64,000 nucleotides of DNA from Felis catus (Eukaryota). A program made the translations under genes and the position numbers. The stretch covers positions 4,898,001 to 4,962,000 of the forward strand of contig NC_058375.1 in NCBI RefSeq assembly GCF_018350175.1. The letters run 5' to 3'. The notes beneath the pieces were generated by a model. That model was not told the DNA's origin. It searched no databases and worked only from the letters and a program-made list of their open reading frames with translations. Below, one piece after another: positions 1 to 10,090 of the stretch; position 1 is the stretch's first letter; each line of letters starts with the position of its first letter.

Positions 1-975
1 GAAATTGTCAAACTTACCTTAGAAGTTTTTATAGGAATACAAAGGACCTCGAATAGCCAAGACAGTTTTGGAAAATAAGGGCAAGGTTGAAAGACATATA
101 GTTCCTGACTTCAGAATTTACTACAGAGCTGTAGCAATCAAGACAGTATAGTATTGGCATAAGGACAGAAAACAGAGAAAAATATGAAGTCCAGAAATAA
201 AGTCTTATGTTTATGGTCAATTTATTTTAATCAAACATGCAAACATACTTCAATGGGGAAAAGGATAGCCTTTTTTTTAAAGCAACAACAAAAACAAACA
301 AACAAAAATAGTGCTGGGACAATTGGATATCCATGTGCCAAAAATCACCTTAGGCCCTTACCTCACACCATACACAAAAGCTAACTTAAAATGCACCGTA
401 GACTTAAATGTGAAAGCTAAGACTGTGAAGCTCAGAAGAAAACACAAGAAAAGATTTCTGTGTCCTCAGGTTAGGTGAAAAATAATCCTAGATATGATAC
501 TGAAAGCATGATTCATAAAAGAAAAAAATTGATAAATTGGGACTTTACCAAAATTAAAAACTTTTGCTCTTTAAAAGAAACCCATAAAGAAAAGGAAAGC
601 CATGGGCCAAGAGAAAACATTTGCAAACCCATTATCTGATAAAAGACTTCTATCCAGATTTTATCGAAATAGCTCTTACAACTCAAAAAGAAGAACACAA
701 CTCAATTAAAAATGGGTAAAAGATTCAAATAGACATTTCACCAAAGAACTTATATGAATGGCTAATGAGGACATGAAAAGATGCTCAATATCATTAATCA
801 TTAGGGAGATGCAAATTAAAACGCTGCCACACACCCAGTAGGATGGCCATAATCCAAGAGATGAGACAATGCCAAATGCTGGAAAGGATGTGATGTTGGA
901 ACTCTCGTTCATTTCTAGTCAGAAAGCAAAATGGTGCTGCCACGTTGGAGAACATGCTGCCAGTTTTATGTTTAT
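1..975 (+). mobile_element. Ancient L1 (L1M-type), 3' part of ORF2, decayed
   Basis: A-rich; L1 hallmarks such as tactacagagctgtagcaatcaagacagtatagtattggcataaggac and gatgctcaatatcattaatcattagggagatgcaaattaaaac. Confidence 0.9.
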
Positions 976-1264
976 GTTCTCTGTTGTACCTGTCTTTCAC
1001 CTGTTGTTGCTGCATTTTTAATCATGCTTAGGAAGTTTTCTCCACTTTCAGGTTATAGAGAAATTCACCTATGTTTTCTCCTATAGTAGTGTGTGATTTT
1101 ATTTACAACATTTAAATCTCAGGTCCATTTGGAATTCATTCTGCTCTACAGTGTGGGGAATAGATCCAATTTTATCTTTTTCCATATGCCAGTATCACTT
1201 ATTAAAAAGTCAGTCCCCTTCCTCCACTGATTTGTGATGTCTCCTTTAGAGCATATTAATTTGC

Positions 1265-1484
1265 GGGGTGCCTGGGTGGCTCAGTTGGTTAAGTGTCCAA
1301 CTTCGACTCAGGTCATGATCTCGCGGTTTTGTGTTCGAGCCCCATGTCGGGCTCTGTGCTGACAGCTCGGAGCCTGGAGCCTGCTTCGGATTCTGTGTCT
1401 CCCTCTCTCTCTGCCCCTCCCCTGCTCATGCTCTGTGTCTCTCTGTCTCTCAATAATAAATAAACATTTAAAAAATTATAAAGT
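1265..1484 (+). mobile_element. CAN-SINE (SINEC_Fc2-like)
   Basis: ggggtgcctgggtggctcagttgg head, CT tract, A tail; TSD atattaatttgc at 1253-1264 and 1485-1496. Confidence 0.97.
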
Positions 1485-2019
1485 ATATTAATTTGCATGT
1501 GGAAGTGGGAATATTTCTGGATTTTCTCTTCTGTTCCCTTGGTCTTTCTATGTATTCACATGTCAATTCCATACTTCTTTAAATATAGAGGTTTTATAGA
1601 ATGTGTTAATAACCTATAGGGCTAGCCTCTACACTTTGGTTCTCTTTATTAAAGTTTTTCTGGCTATCACTGGTGTTTTTTCCTTCCTCATAACTTTTGT
1701 AATAAGATTCTCTAGACCCAGAAAAAAAAACCCTAATGGGATTCTTGTTGTCATTACATTTTGTTTATAGATTAATTTTTGGAAGACGGACATTTTTATG
1801 ATTTTTGCTTTTCCTAATCAAGAACATGTTATGTTTTTGCATTTACTGAAACCTATTTTGTCCTTTAGATTTTTATAGTTTTTCTCCTTGTGTTTTGGGA
1901 ATGTCTTATTAAATTTATGCCTAAGTATTTAGTTTTCTTTTTTCTTGATAGCATTTACTGTATGATGTAAGACATACAGTATATATATGAAGAAGTCACA
2001 CATCACTCCTTCTGTCTCA

Positions 2020-2096
2020 TTTGTGTGTGTGTGTGTGTGCAGTGTGTGTGTGTGTGTGATATACACACACTCACACACTGCACACGCACACACAAA
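2020..2096. repeat. Inverted (TG)n/(CA)n compound microsatellite
   Basis: tttgtg...tgcagtgtg...gatatacacac...actgcacac...cacaaa. Confidence 0.95.
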
Positions 2097-2364
2097 CTAT
2101 TGATTATGTATCTTAACTTTATATCTGCTGGTTTACTTTTGTAATTTTCAGTACCTTTTCCATTGATCCCATGATCTTTTCACCATATTGCATGAGTGTT
2201 ACTGGTTTTGCCAGCCATTCGTGTCTCAGATAAAAAGGTTATTTGGCTAGAAGCCTCCCTCTAGAAGCATCCCTAATGCTCACGGTTTTTTTCTTGATAT
2301 TTCTCTGGCTGCTGCCTTGGAGGTCTCGGATTGTTTCCCTGAGGATCTCTTAGATGGTCAGCTT

Positions 2365-2900
2365 CAGTCGGGTTCCCCCAGGGGACCCTGAGATAGATAG
2401 ACTCTGGTACAGCTTATTTGAGAGGCAGTCCTGGGAAGCACCAGTACGGGGCATGAAGGTGAGAGAGGAAGGGGAGGAATACAAATAAAGGGCTCATGGG
2501 TGCGTCTGGGTGGCTCAGTTGGTTAAGCTTCAGACTCTTGGTTTCAGATCAGGTCAGGATCTCACTGTTCATGAGTTCGAGCCCCACGTCAGACTGTATG
2601 CTGACAGCATGAGCCTGCTTGGGATTCTCTCTGCCCCCTCTCTGCCCCTCTCCTGCTTGGTCACTCTCTCTCTCAAAATAAATAAATACATTTTTTAAAA
2701 ATTAAAAAAATCCCACAACAAATAGAGGGCTCTTGTCCAGCAGGTCTCCATCTGGGCAACTGGCACTTAGGCTCTAGAAGATCATATAGAACACCCAGAG
2801 TCATCCTGAGTGTGGGGTAAGGAGGCCTGGGATTGCCCAGTTGTGGAGTGAGGGGGCCAGGACTTCACCCACCAAATCCCCACCCCCTGGGTGAGGCGTG
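2365..2900 (-). mobile_element. ERVL solo LTR, LTR33-like, interrupted by a SINE
   Basis: cttatttgagaggcagtcctgggaagcaccagtacggggcatgaaggtgagagaggaaggggagg...ctgggcaactgg resembles recalled LTR33 antisense consensus. Confidence 0.6.
2498..2717 (+). mobile_element. CAN-SINE (older type with actcttggtttc segment)
   Basis: SINE head and tail; TSD acaaata(a/g)agggctc(a/t)t at 2481-2497 and 2718-2734. Confidence 0.95.
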
Positions 2901-2999
2901 CTTTCAGGGTATTAAATCACCCAGTCAGGGGAGCAAACCAAGACTGGCCCCACCCACAATCTATGCTAAACCAGTAGACTTGGGGGAGATACTGGAGTC

Positions 3000-3128
3000 A
3001 CCCTGAGTCCGAGTGAATCCTGCTCAGACACTCTGTGGCTACAAGGGGCTTGGTTTTCTCATCTGTTGGTAGTGATGATCTTACCTCATCATGTTGTGGT
3101 GAGAATGCAAACAGCCTGGATAAAGGCA
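3000..3128 (+). mobile_element. MIR fragment
   Basis: cttggttttctcatctgt...cttacctcatcatgttgtggtgagaat MIR core. Confidence 0.65.
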
Positions 3129-3292
3129 CAGATACAGGTGTAGCTATGGATGTCGACGTAGGTGCCGATGTCAACATCAATACACACGTGTGGTTGCAGA
3201 TGTAGATAGAGATGCAGACAGACATAGACGCAGGTACAGGTGTAGACCTACAGACAGAGACACAGGTGTAGACACAGGTGCAGACACGCACG
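3125..3292. repeat. Degenerate hexamer repeat (gataca/ggtgta/gacaca)
   Basis: gatacaggtgtagctatggatgtc...gacacaggtgtagacacaggtgcagacac. Confidence 0.8.
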
Positions 3293-5727
3293 TGGCCTGC
3301 TCCTCCCACACCAGACACTGACTGGGACTTGGTGGGATCGTTAAGTGGAAGGACTTCCATCCCTCTTACCTGACTCTCTGTTGCCACTGCCGTCTGTCCT
3401 CAGCTCCATTTCCATTTCCCTGCTCTTCTCAGGGGGGTGCTGCCTTTATGCTGCCGTGAGATGTAGTAAAGCCCTCCCCCGGCTGGACCCCTATTGTGGG
3501 GCCTAGTCCACCCATCCCTCCTTCCCTGGACCCCTTCCCACCAGCTCCGACTTGTTCTTGATTATATTCTGGGTTGGCAGCTCAGCCTCATTTTCTTCAC
3601 GTTGTGGGGCCCCTCTGCGGTCTGTTTTTCTCTTTGCCATTCTTAGGACCCGAGAACTATGGAGGGAGGGACCTACCCCCATCACACAGAGCAGAAGCAA
3701 GTTCTAATACAATCAGAGTGCTGGATTAAACACCATTAGGTTGCTCATTATTGCAAGTTAAAATGACGACTCCATTTATTAAGGCCATTTAAGTTGGCCA
3801 CTTGGGCTCCCTGCGGGATTATGACCAGCTCAAAATGTCGGATGACAGGGCCATTCTCACGTTCTCAGAATGCAAAGGGCAGGTCACCAGGGGAAAATGG
3901 GTTTCCTAAGGTGGGAACAGTTGTGGTTCTGACTGTGGACGTGACAGTATTCTGGGAAGTTCACTCTCTTTGGGTCGTACCAGTCACGATCTGAGGACAG
4001 TTGGCCTGAACGCTCTGCTGAGGTTTGCCGATCATGTCTAGAAAGAGTGGGGCTGTGGAGCAGCTCTGCGTGTAGCTGTCTTGGCTCACGAGAAGCTGGA
4101 CTGGATTAATGTTGTGTCTTCCTCAGCAGATGGGGTTCCTTGCACGCTCCCGTGGATGTCTTCATTCCTGCGTGGAGGGGGCGGGACAAATGCAGAACCG
4201 TCTATTTGATCAGATGTGTTCCTTCGCTTATTCCCGAGGCACTGGCCCTGAGCATAGTAGTTGGACTTCGGGGCCCTTCCAATGGTTTGGGTACCATGAG
4301 CAGGGCCGGAGTGGAGAGAGGCAGGCCCAGGTGGCCCCATATTCCAGCCTCCCTGCTATCTAGAAATGGATGAATACTGTGAGGTTTTCAGTGCAGACTC
4401 GTAAGTGCGAGACAAACGGTCAGGTGACAGCATTGTGACAAGCCTGTGAAGCTATTTCCCAATTGTTTTAGTCGGCCACACTCAGGGAGGAAACCAGCAC
4501 TGACATAAACCAATTGCACCGTGATCGGCAAACAATGAAGTGTTGGGAGTCGCTGTTGAAAGTCTATAATTTCCAATGGAATTGCTGTTCAGTCAGCTCG
4601 CTGCTGAATGACACAGCCCGTCTGGGTGGGAACTACAGTTAGCCTCTGTCACCCTGGCGTGACTCCCACCCCCTGCCCCAGACAATGTAGTAAGACGTCA
4701 CTAGCCAGTGTTCTGTGCCTGACTGTGAAATGGCCCCTTGTTGGGGGAGGAGGAAGGAAAGACTGGGATACAGGCTCCTGCCCCAGGCCACGAGGAACCA
4801 CTGTCGCAAAGACACAGACGCCCACTTGCATTGGAAGAAACCACCTCCTTTGCCTTGTATGTGTAAGGAGCTCTCACGCCAAGGCTAGGAGTGAGATGTG
4901 CCTGTGCTGGTCTGCCGGACACATAGACTCATTTGTGACCTTCCTGTGCTGAGGTCTCAGCCGGGGGTAGCATGGCCATGGGGAGCGAGTGACGTACTCT
5001 TTGCTTTCGGGGGCAGCCTCAGTCTTCCTTGAAGGTTGAATCTGCCCACACCTGCTGCTGCTTCGCTCTGGAAGGGGCTTGCCACAGCACATGCTGCCAG
5101 AGGAATTTAGTTGTTTCTCTCCTTGGCGTTTCCAAACCAAAGTGTGTGCCCTCTGTAGCTGCGGAGGTGCGCGTGAACATCCTCTGCTCTCTTCGGTTGG
5201 TTCGTGACTTCTTTTAGGACAATTCACGGTTCTTCTCTGTTTGTTCTTTTGGAATGGCACAAGAGTGGCCATCCCCTCTCAGCGTTTAGCGAGCGGGAAG
5301 CCAACGATTTTCCTAAGGTACGGTGGTCGTGGACCAAATAGACAAATTGACCTGACAGGGCTGAGCCTTCTGACAGCCGAAGCCCAAATGTGAAAGAATC
5401 AGGTACTTAGCTGACTTGAGAAGAAGCGCTATAGATGTTGCTCTGAATCTTGCAGCGATCTAAACGCGCGCAATGAATCAAGAGCGTTTGGCCTGGGCGA
5501 CTAGTTCTTCCATTGGTCTGTTCTTAACATAGTCATCTAGCGTCTGCGTTAAACTTATTTATTTCCTAATGCTGGGTGATGGATTAAAAGATGTGTAGAA
5601 AATCTTTCTACAAGAGATAAGATATTGCAGTCTGCCACGACACCCCCGGCTCTTTTTGCTTTCTCTTGCTGTTCTTCTACTTTTCAGCACGGAGCTCGGG
5701 CCCCCACGTCGTATATCTTGATTAGAT

Positions 5728-6020
5728 NNNNNNNNNNNNNNNNNNNNNNNNNNNNNNNNNNNNNNNNNNNNNNNNNNNNNNNNNNNNNNNNNNNNNNNNN
5801 NNNNNNNNNNNNNNNNNNNNNNNNNNNNNNNNNNNNNNNNNNNNNNNNNNNNNNNNNNNNNNNNNNNNNNNNNNNNNNNNNNNNNNNNNNNNNNNNNNNN
5901 NNNNNNNNNNNNNNNNNNNNNNNNNNNNNNNNNNNNNNNNNNNNNNNNNNNNNNNNNNNNNNNNNNNNNNNNNNNNNNNNNNNNNNNNNNNNNNNNNNNN
6001 NNNNNNNNNNNNNNNNNNNN
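5728..6020. other. N gap, 293 nt (covers exon acceptor and 5' part of exon)
   Basis: Run of N. Confidence 1.
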
Positions 6021-6122
6021 AAGAAGGTGAAATACAGGAAGGATGGGTATTGCTGGAAAAAGAGGAAAGACGGGAAAACGACCAGAGAGGACCACATGAA
6101 ACTCAAGGTCCAGGGAGTGGAG
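6021..6122 (+). CDS. CAMTA1: CAMTA1 internal coding exon, CG-1 DNA-binding domain; 5' end hidden by N gap (probably the orthologue of human exon 5, about residues 113-146)
   Basis: 34 codons translate to KKVKYRKDGYCWKKRKDGKTTREDHMKLKVQGVE, the CG-1 core. As I recall the paralogues, GYCW and QGVE match CAMTA1 rather than CAMTA2 (GYLW/QGME). Ends at a phase-0 GAG|GTAAAG donor; very large flanking introns fit CAMTA1. Confidence 0.95.
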
Positions 6123-6128
6123 GTAAAG
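6120..6128 (+). other. CAMTA1: 5' splice donor GAG|GTAAAG
   Basis: GT directly follows the last conserved codon (E); similarity to CG-1 stops here. Confidence 0.9.
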
Positions 6129-7728
6129 GGCAGAAAGGCTCTCTTGTTCCACAAATGTTGTTTCTGGGCTGCAATGACACGGGATCGCTTTGGAGTAATT
6201 TGCTGCCAGTCACCTCTGTCAAAAGCATTTCTGTTTGCCAAGCCCCCCCCCGTTTGCTGTTTTTTTTTTTTTCTTCCTTCTTACCCAATAGCCTCCGTTC
6301 AAGTTTTCCGTAAAGCCAGATTTAACTAAAGCAGTCCTGTTTCTTGGGAGTCCTTGGTGCATAGACTGGGATTTGCAAGGTTCCTGCAGAACCCTGTGTT
6401 GTATCTATCACGGAGAAGGCTGCAGGTGCATTGAGAGTCTGCAGGTGTGAGGGAAGAAGGAGCCTCGTGAAGCGTCTCCCCGTCCAGGTGGCCTGGACCT
6501 GCCTTTGCTGAGTGGGTCCCTTGGGATCTGGTGATCTCCAACCAGAGCCTGGCTTTACTCCCTCTGCTGGCAGCCTCTTCCATTTCCTTCTGGGCATTTC
6601 AACCTCAGAGAGCTCGGAGGTGTTAAAGATGAACAGCTGGGGTTCTTGTGGCTGGGGTGGAGGTGGGCGCTGCTGGGCACATCTTGGGATCTGTGCACAC
6701 TTCGGTTTGGATCCTGGGGGAAGGCAAGGTGCAGTGTGGTGGTTTTGCTATTGTTCTGAGACCACAGGCTCCGACTCTCGGGTGGCCATGGAGACTTTCT
6801 CCTGGGGTCCTTTCATTGTTGGAAGGCCTAAGCCGTGTGTCACAGCGGTAGAGGGAGAGGGTATGAATCGTGGTACATTCGTGGCTGCTAGTTAGCGAGC
6901 ACACACTTCGTTGCATTGCTTGATCCTTGTAAAATATCTTCCCCGCGAGGATGGTGCTGTCTTGGGTCAGGAGCCGAGAAGGTGGCTTGTGATCCACCTG
7001 GCAATTCACGCGGGTCAAAGAGAGAGATCCTGGAGTCCGCTGGTGTGTTGGGTCCCCTAGCATGCCAGGATTGATCACCTGGACGATAAGCCCTCTTGAG
7101 TTCAACAGCTCACACTCCAGGCCGACATTCTCCGTGACACACTTTATCATTATGACTTTTTCTGTATTAATCATGTGCTTTTATGGCTGTTAAAAATAGC
7201 ATCCGGTGGCTTTTATTATATTACCCCACAGAGAGAGATAACTTCTGTTTTATGTTTTTGTGGTTGTTTTTTTTAAACACCCAATAACAATGCTTTATGG
7301 TGATGAGCAAAGAATAGCCCCAATATGAGAAATCCCACTTTTCCTATGTTCTCCTGTGTTCAGTGTTTGCACAGTGTGGCTTAATCAACTCACGAGACAT
7401 TAAAATGCGGATCGCCCTGAATGCACTCCTATGGACCCCGGTCTAGGACCGATTGGTGATGGGGCCAGCAGATCAGCCCTCGAGGGGCCCGAGGGCACGG
7501 GGGCTGGGCCGGGTGGGCAGAAAGCGAGAAGCGTGGTTGCGACCCGCACAGGACTCTTTCCAGGACTACCAGGGTCTGTGGGAACTCACACCAGAGCTGC
7601 AGCAGACGGCCCCTGGGCCTGCAGCTCTCTGGCACAGTTCGTCTTCAATAACACGTAAATCAGGAACTTTGGGTTGTAAGTAGCAGTGGGGTGGAATTCT
7701 TCCTCAGCAGCAGCTCAAAAGCCTGGGG

Positions 7729-7754
7729 CAAAACAAAACAAAACAAAACAAAAA
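7729..7754. repeat. (CAAAA)n
   Basis: Direct reading. Confidence 0.9.
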
Positions 7755-8419
7755 TCCACAGTGCTCATTTTCTTCCCATGTTATAAATTAGAATTGTCGC
7801 TGGATGGAATCAGAATGATTGGTGGTTATTTGTAGACCATATTTGCGTTTGGAGTTCTTTGTGGCTCACGCTTGCAGTCTCGGGTGCAGACACCTGTATG
7901 GGGGAGATCGGGACCCTCGGAACGCAAGGGCAGGGAACGGGCCAGACAGCGAGGGAAACTTGCCGAGCATCAGTGGCGGTGGGGAGTGGGGATGGGAGAC
8001 GGGCTTAGAGACCCTTGGTCAGCAACACGAGGTGTGTGCTCTCCGGCTCTTGGAGAGTGAGGCCACCCCAGGCAGGCACGTGGTGTGGTGGCCTCTTCCA
8101 CTCAGCTCGCAGAGTTGTCCCGTTGAGTCAGTCGCTGAGCACTGACTGCGGCCCTACTCTGTGCAGGGCCCTGCAGTGTCCACAGGGAAAACAGAAGCCA
8201 TATTTTCTGCCTCAGAGACTCATGGTCAAATTAAAGAGGCAGACAAACCTGAAAGTCACTGGCGGCTGAGAAGAACAGAAGCCTGAGCCTTTAGGACAAG
8301 TGTCCAGAGGATCCCAAATGGACTGGGATGACCAGAGAGGCTTCCTAGTGAGGTGGGCGATCAGCCAAACTCTTGAAGTTGGGTAGGACTGTGTGCGTTA
8401 CTTACATAGTCTATCTGGA

Positions 8420-8760
8420 CTCCCCCTTTTCACTTGGCGTGGTGGTCTGAGCTCCGTCTCTGTTGACACTCACCTCTCATCCCTTTTAACTGCTCTATAG
8501 TTTTCCACTGCAGGAGCATTCGAGCCACGCCCTAGTCAGTGCCTTTTTAGACTCTGTCCAGCTTTTCAGCATCACAGTGCTTTCAGGAGACATGTTCATA
8601 CAGGTCTGCTTGTACACGTGTGCAGCCCAGGCCTGCCGGAATTGGCGGGTGTGAGGCCTTAGTGTCTTTCATTTTGCTGGACACTGTGAAATTGCTCCCA
8701 AGTGGCTGTGCCAATTACATGCCCAGCAGCACTGAGAATTCCCATCTCTTCTGTGCCCCT
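8420..8760 (-). mobile_element. L1ME-like 3' fragment
   Basis: attgctcccaagtggctgtgccaattacatgcccagcagcactgagaattccc is typical antisense L1ME. Confidence 0.65.
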
Positions 8761-9924
8761 CTGTACACGGATGGATAAAAGACGGTGCCCTGTTCAGTCT
8801 GAACGGAATCTGTCTTAATTGTTTGTGGGGATGAGCACATCCTCATGCGAGCAGGTGTCCTTCGTGATGGATTGTCTACCACAGGGCATGGTTTTCAAAC
8901 ATCCCCAGAGAAAGACCTCTTTGGCAAGGGCTGCCCTCACCTCACTGCACATTTCCTGCATTTGCCCTGGTCTGGACCAATGGCCAGGAAGCCCAGAGGT
9001 CATGCGGGGACAGTGGGCAGGTGGTCCTTTCCAGCCAGGGAATTGCCATGGGGACACACATGAAGCTTTGCATCTCACGGATCTTGGAGCTGTGATTTTC
9101 TACCACCTCAGCTGGTTTCCTCAGTTCAAGGGCATGATAAAGATATTTGGATCTACCGTTTAACATATCACTTGCTATAAGCCTTCCCTCAGGCCAGGAA
9201 AACTGCCAGCCCTGTCCACGGAACCGCTCAGCAGTCCGGCTTCTTTTGTTCTCGGAGGCTGGGGCCCTAGGAACACACGGCAACTCAAAAGCACATTGAT
9301 TTTCTCAGCCAGGCACAGGATGGGGGCAGCCGCTTTTGAAGCTGACGAGCTGTTAAGTCCACGATTAGTTGTCTTGTCTGTAAGCCACGGAGAAGCCAGC
9401 TCGATAAGGTTTCCAGGGACGACAAAGGTTGGCAGGGAGGAAAAAGAAGGTGGTTGTGATGTGATGTCAGCGTTTCAGGAGATGAAATCTTAGCAGGCCT
9501 GAGGTTGGCTCTGCACCCCAGGGACATTCGTGGCTGCTTATCTGGAGCCTTGATGAGGGTGGGAGCTGTGGGGGTAGGAGACTCCCTGAGAGCAGAGGGG
9601 GAGATCTGACCTGTCCCCTGCCTCCAGTATTGCCACACCCCGGGTTAGGTGAGGTGGGTGGAGTCTTTGGGCCAAGCTGGAAGAGTACACATACTTTTCA
9701 AGATCCCAGAGCTGTCCTCTGGTCCCAGAAGCTTATGGTGCTGTCTTCTGCCTGGTGTTCACACCTCTCTCCTGAGAGTGCCGGGTATAGAACCCAGGCC
9801 AGCGCTTGGCTGTCTACCCCCCAACTCCTTAGCTGCTAGGGTTCCACAACAGACAGGAGCCACACACACTTAGTATAGCAATGGCCGCTGGCTTATGAAT
9901 CTCCTCCATACACACCAGCTACAC

Positions 9925-10090
9925 TATCCCATTCAACCCCCATCGAAACATCTGTCTAAAGTACGTATTATTATCCCCATATCATAGATGAAAAAATTGA
10001 GCCTCAGACAGAGTTGCTCCCTCCTCGTATCCTGCCACAAATCAGTGTGGAGGTGGGACTTGAGCCAAGGTTCCCCTGGTTCTGTGGCAA
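9925..10090 (-). mobile_element. MIR
   Basis: tattattatccccatatcatagatgaaaaaattgagcctcagacag antisense MIR core. Confidence 0.8.

Larger units (their letters stand above)
985..2170 (-). mobile_element. Older L1 (L1ME-like) fragment, antisense, interrupted by a SINE
   Basis: T-rich antisense L1 motifs (acatttaaatctcaggtccatttggaattcatt; gtttatagattaatttttggaagacggacatttttatg). Confidence 0.75.
1..5727 (+). other. CAMTA1: CAMTA1 upstream intron (3' part)
   Basis: Repeat-rich non-coding DNA before the exon; no upstream CAMTA1 coding sequence recognised. Confidence 0.8.

Noticed and set aside
1265-1340. tRNA-like A/B boxes here and at the other SINE heads
   Set aside because: These are tRNA-derived CAN-SINE heads, not tRNA genes.
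5464-5471. CGCG box (CAMTA-type motif) near the exon suggesting autoregulation
   Set aside because: Short motif, frequent in this CpG-rich region; no support beyond coincidence.
5683-5700. TTCAGCAC as a REST/NRSE site
   Set aside because: Only the left half-site; the GGACAG half is absent.
5625-6329. 234-aa ORF spanning the gap and reading past the exon
   Set aside because: Length comes from N codons and read-through into the intron; only 6021-6122 is CAMTA1-like.
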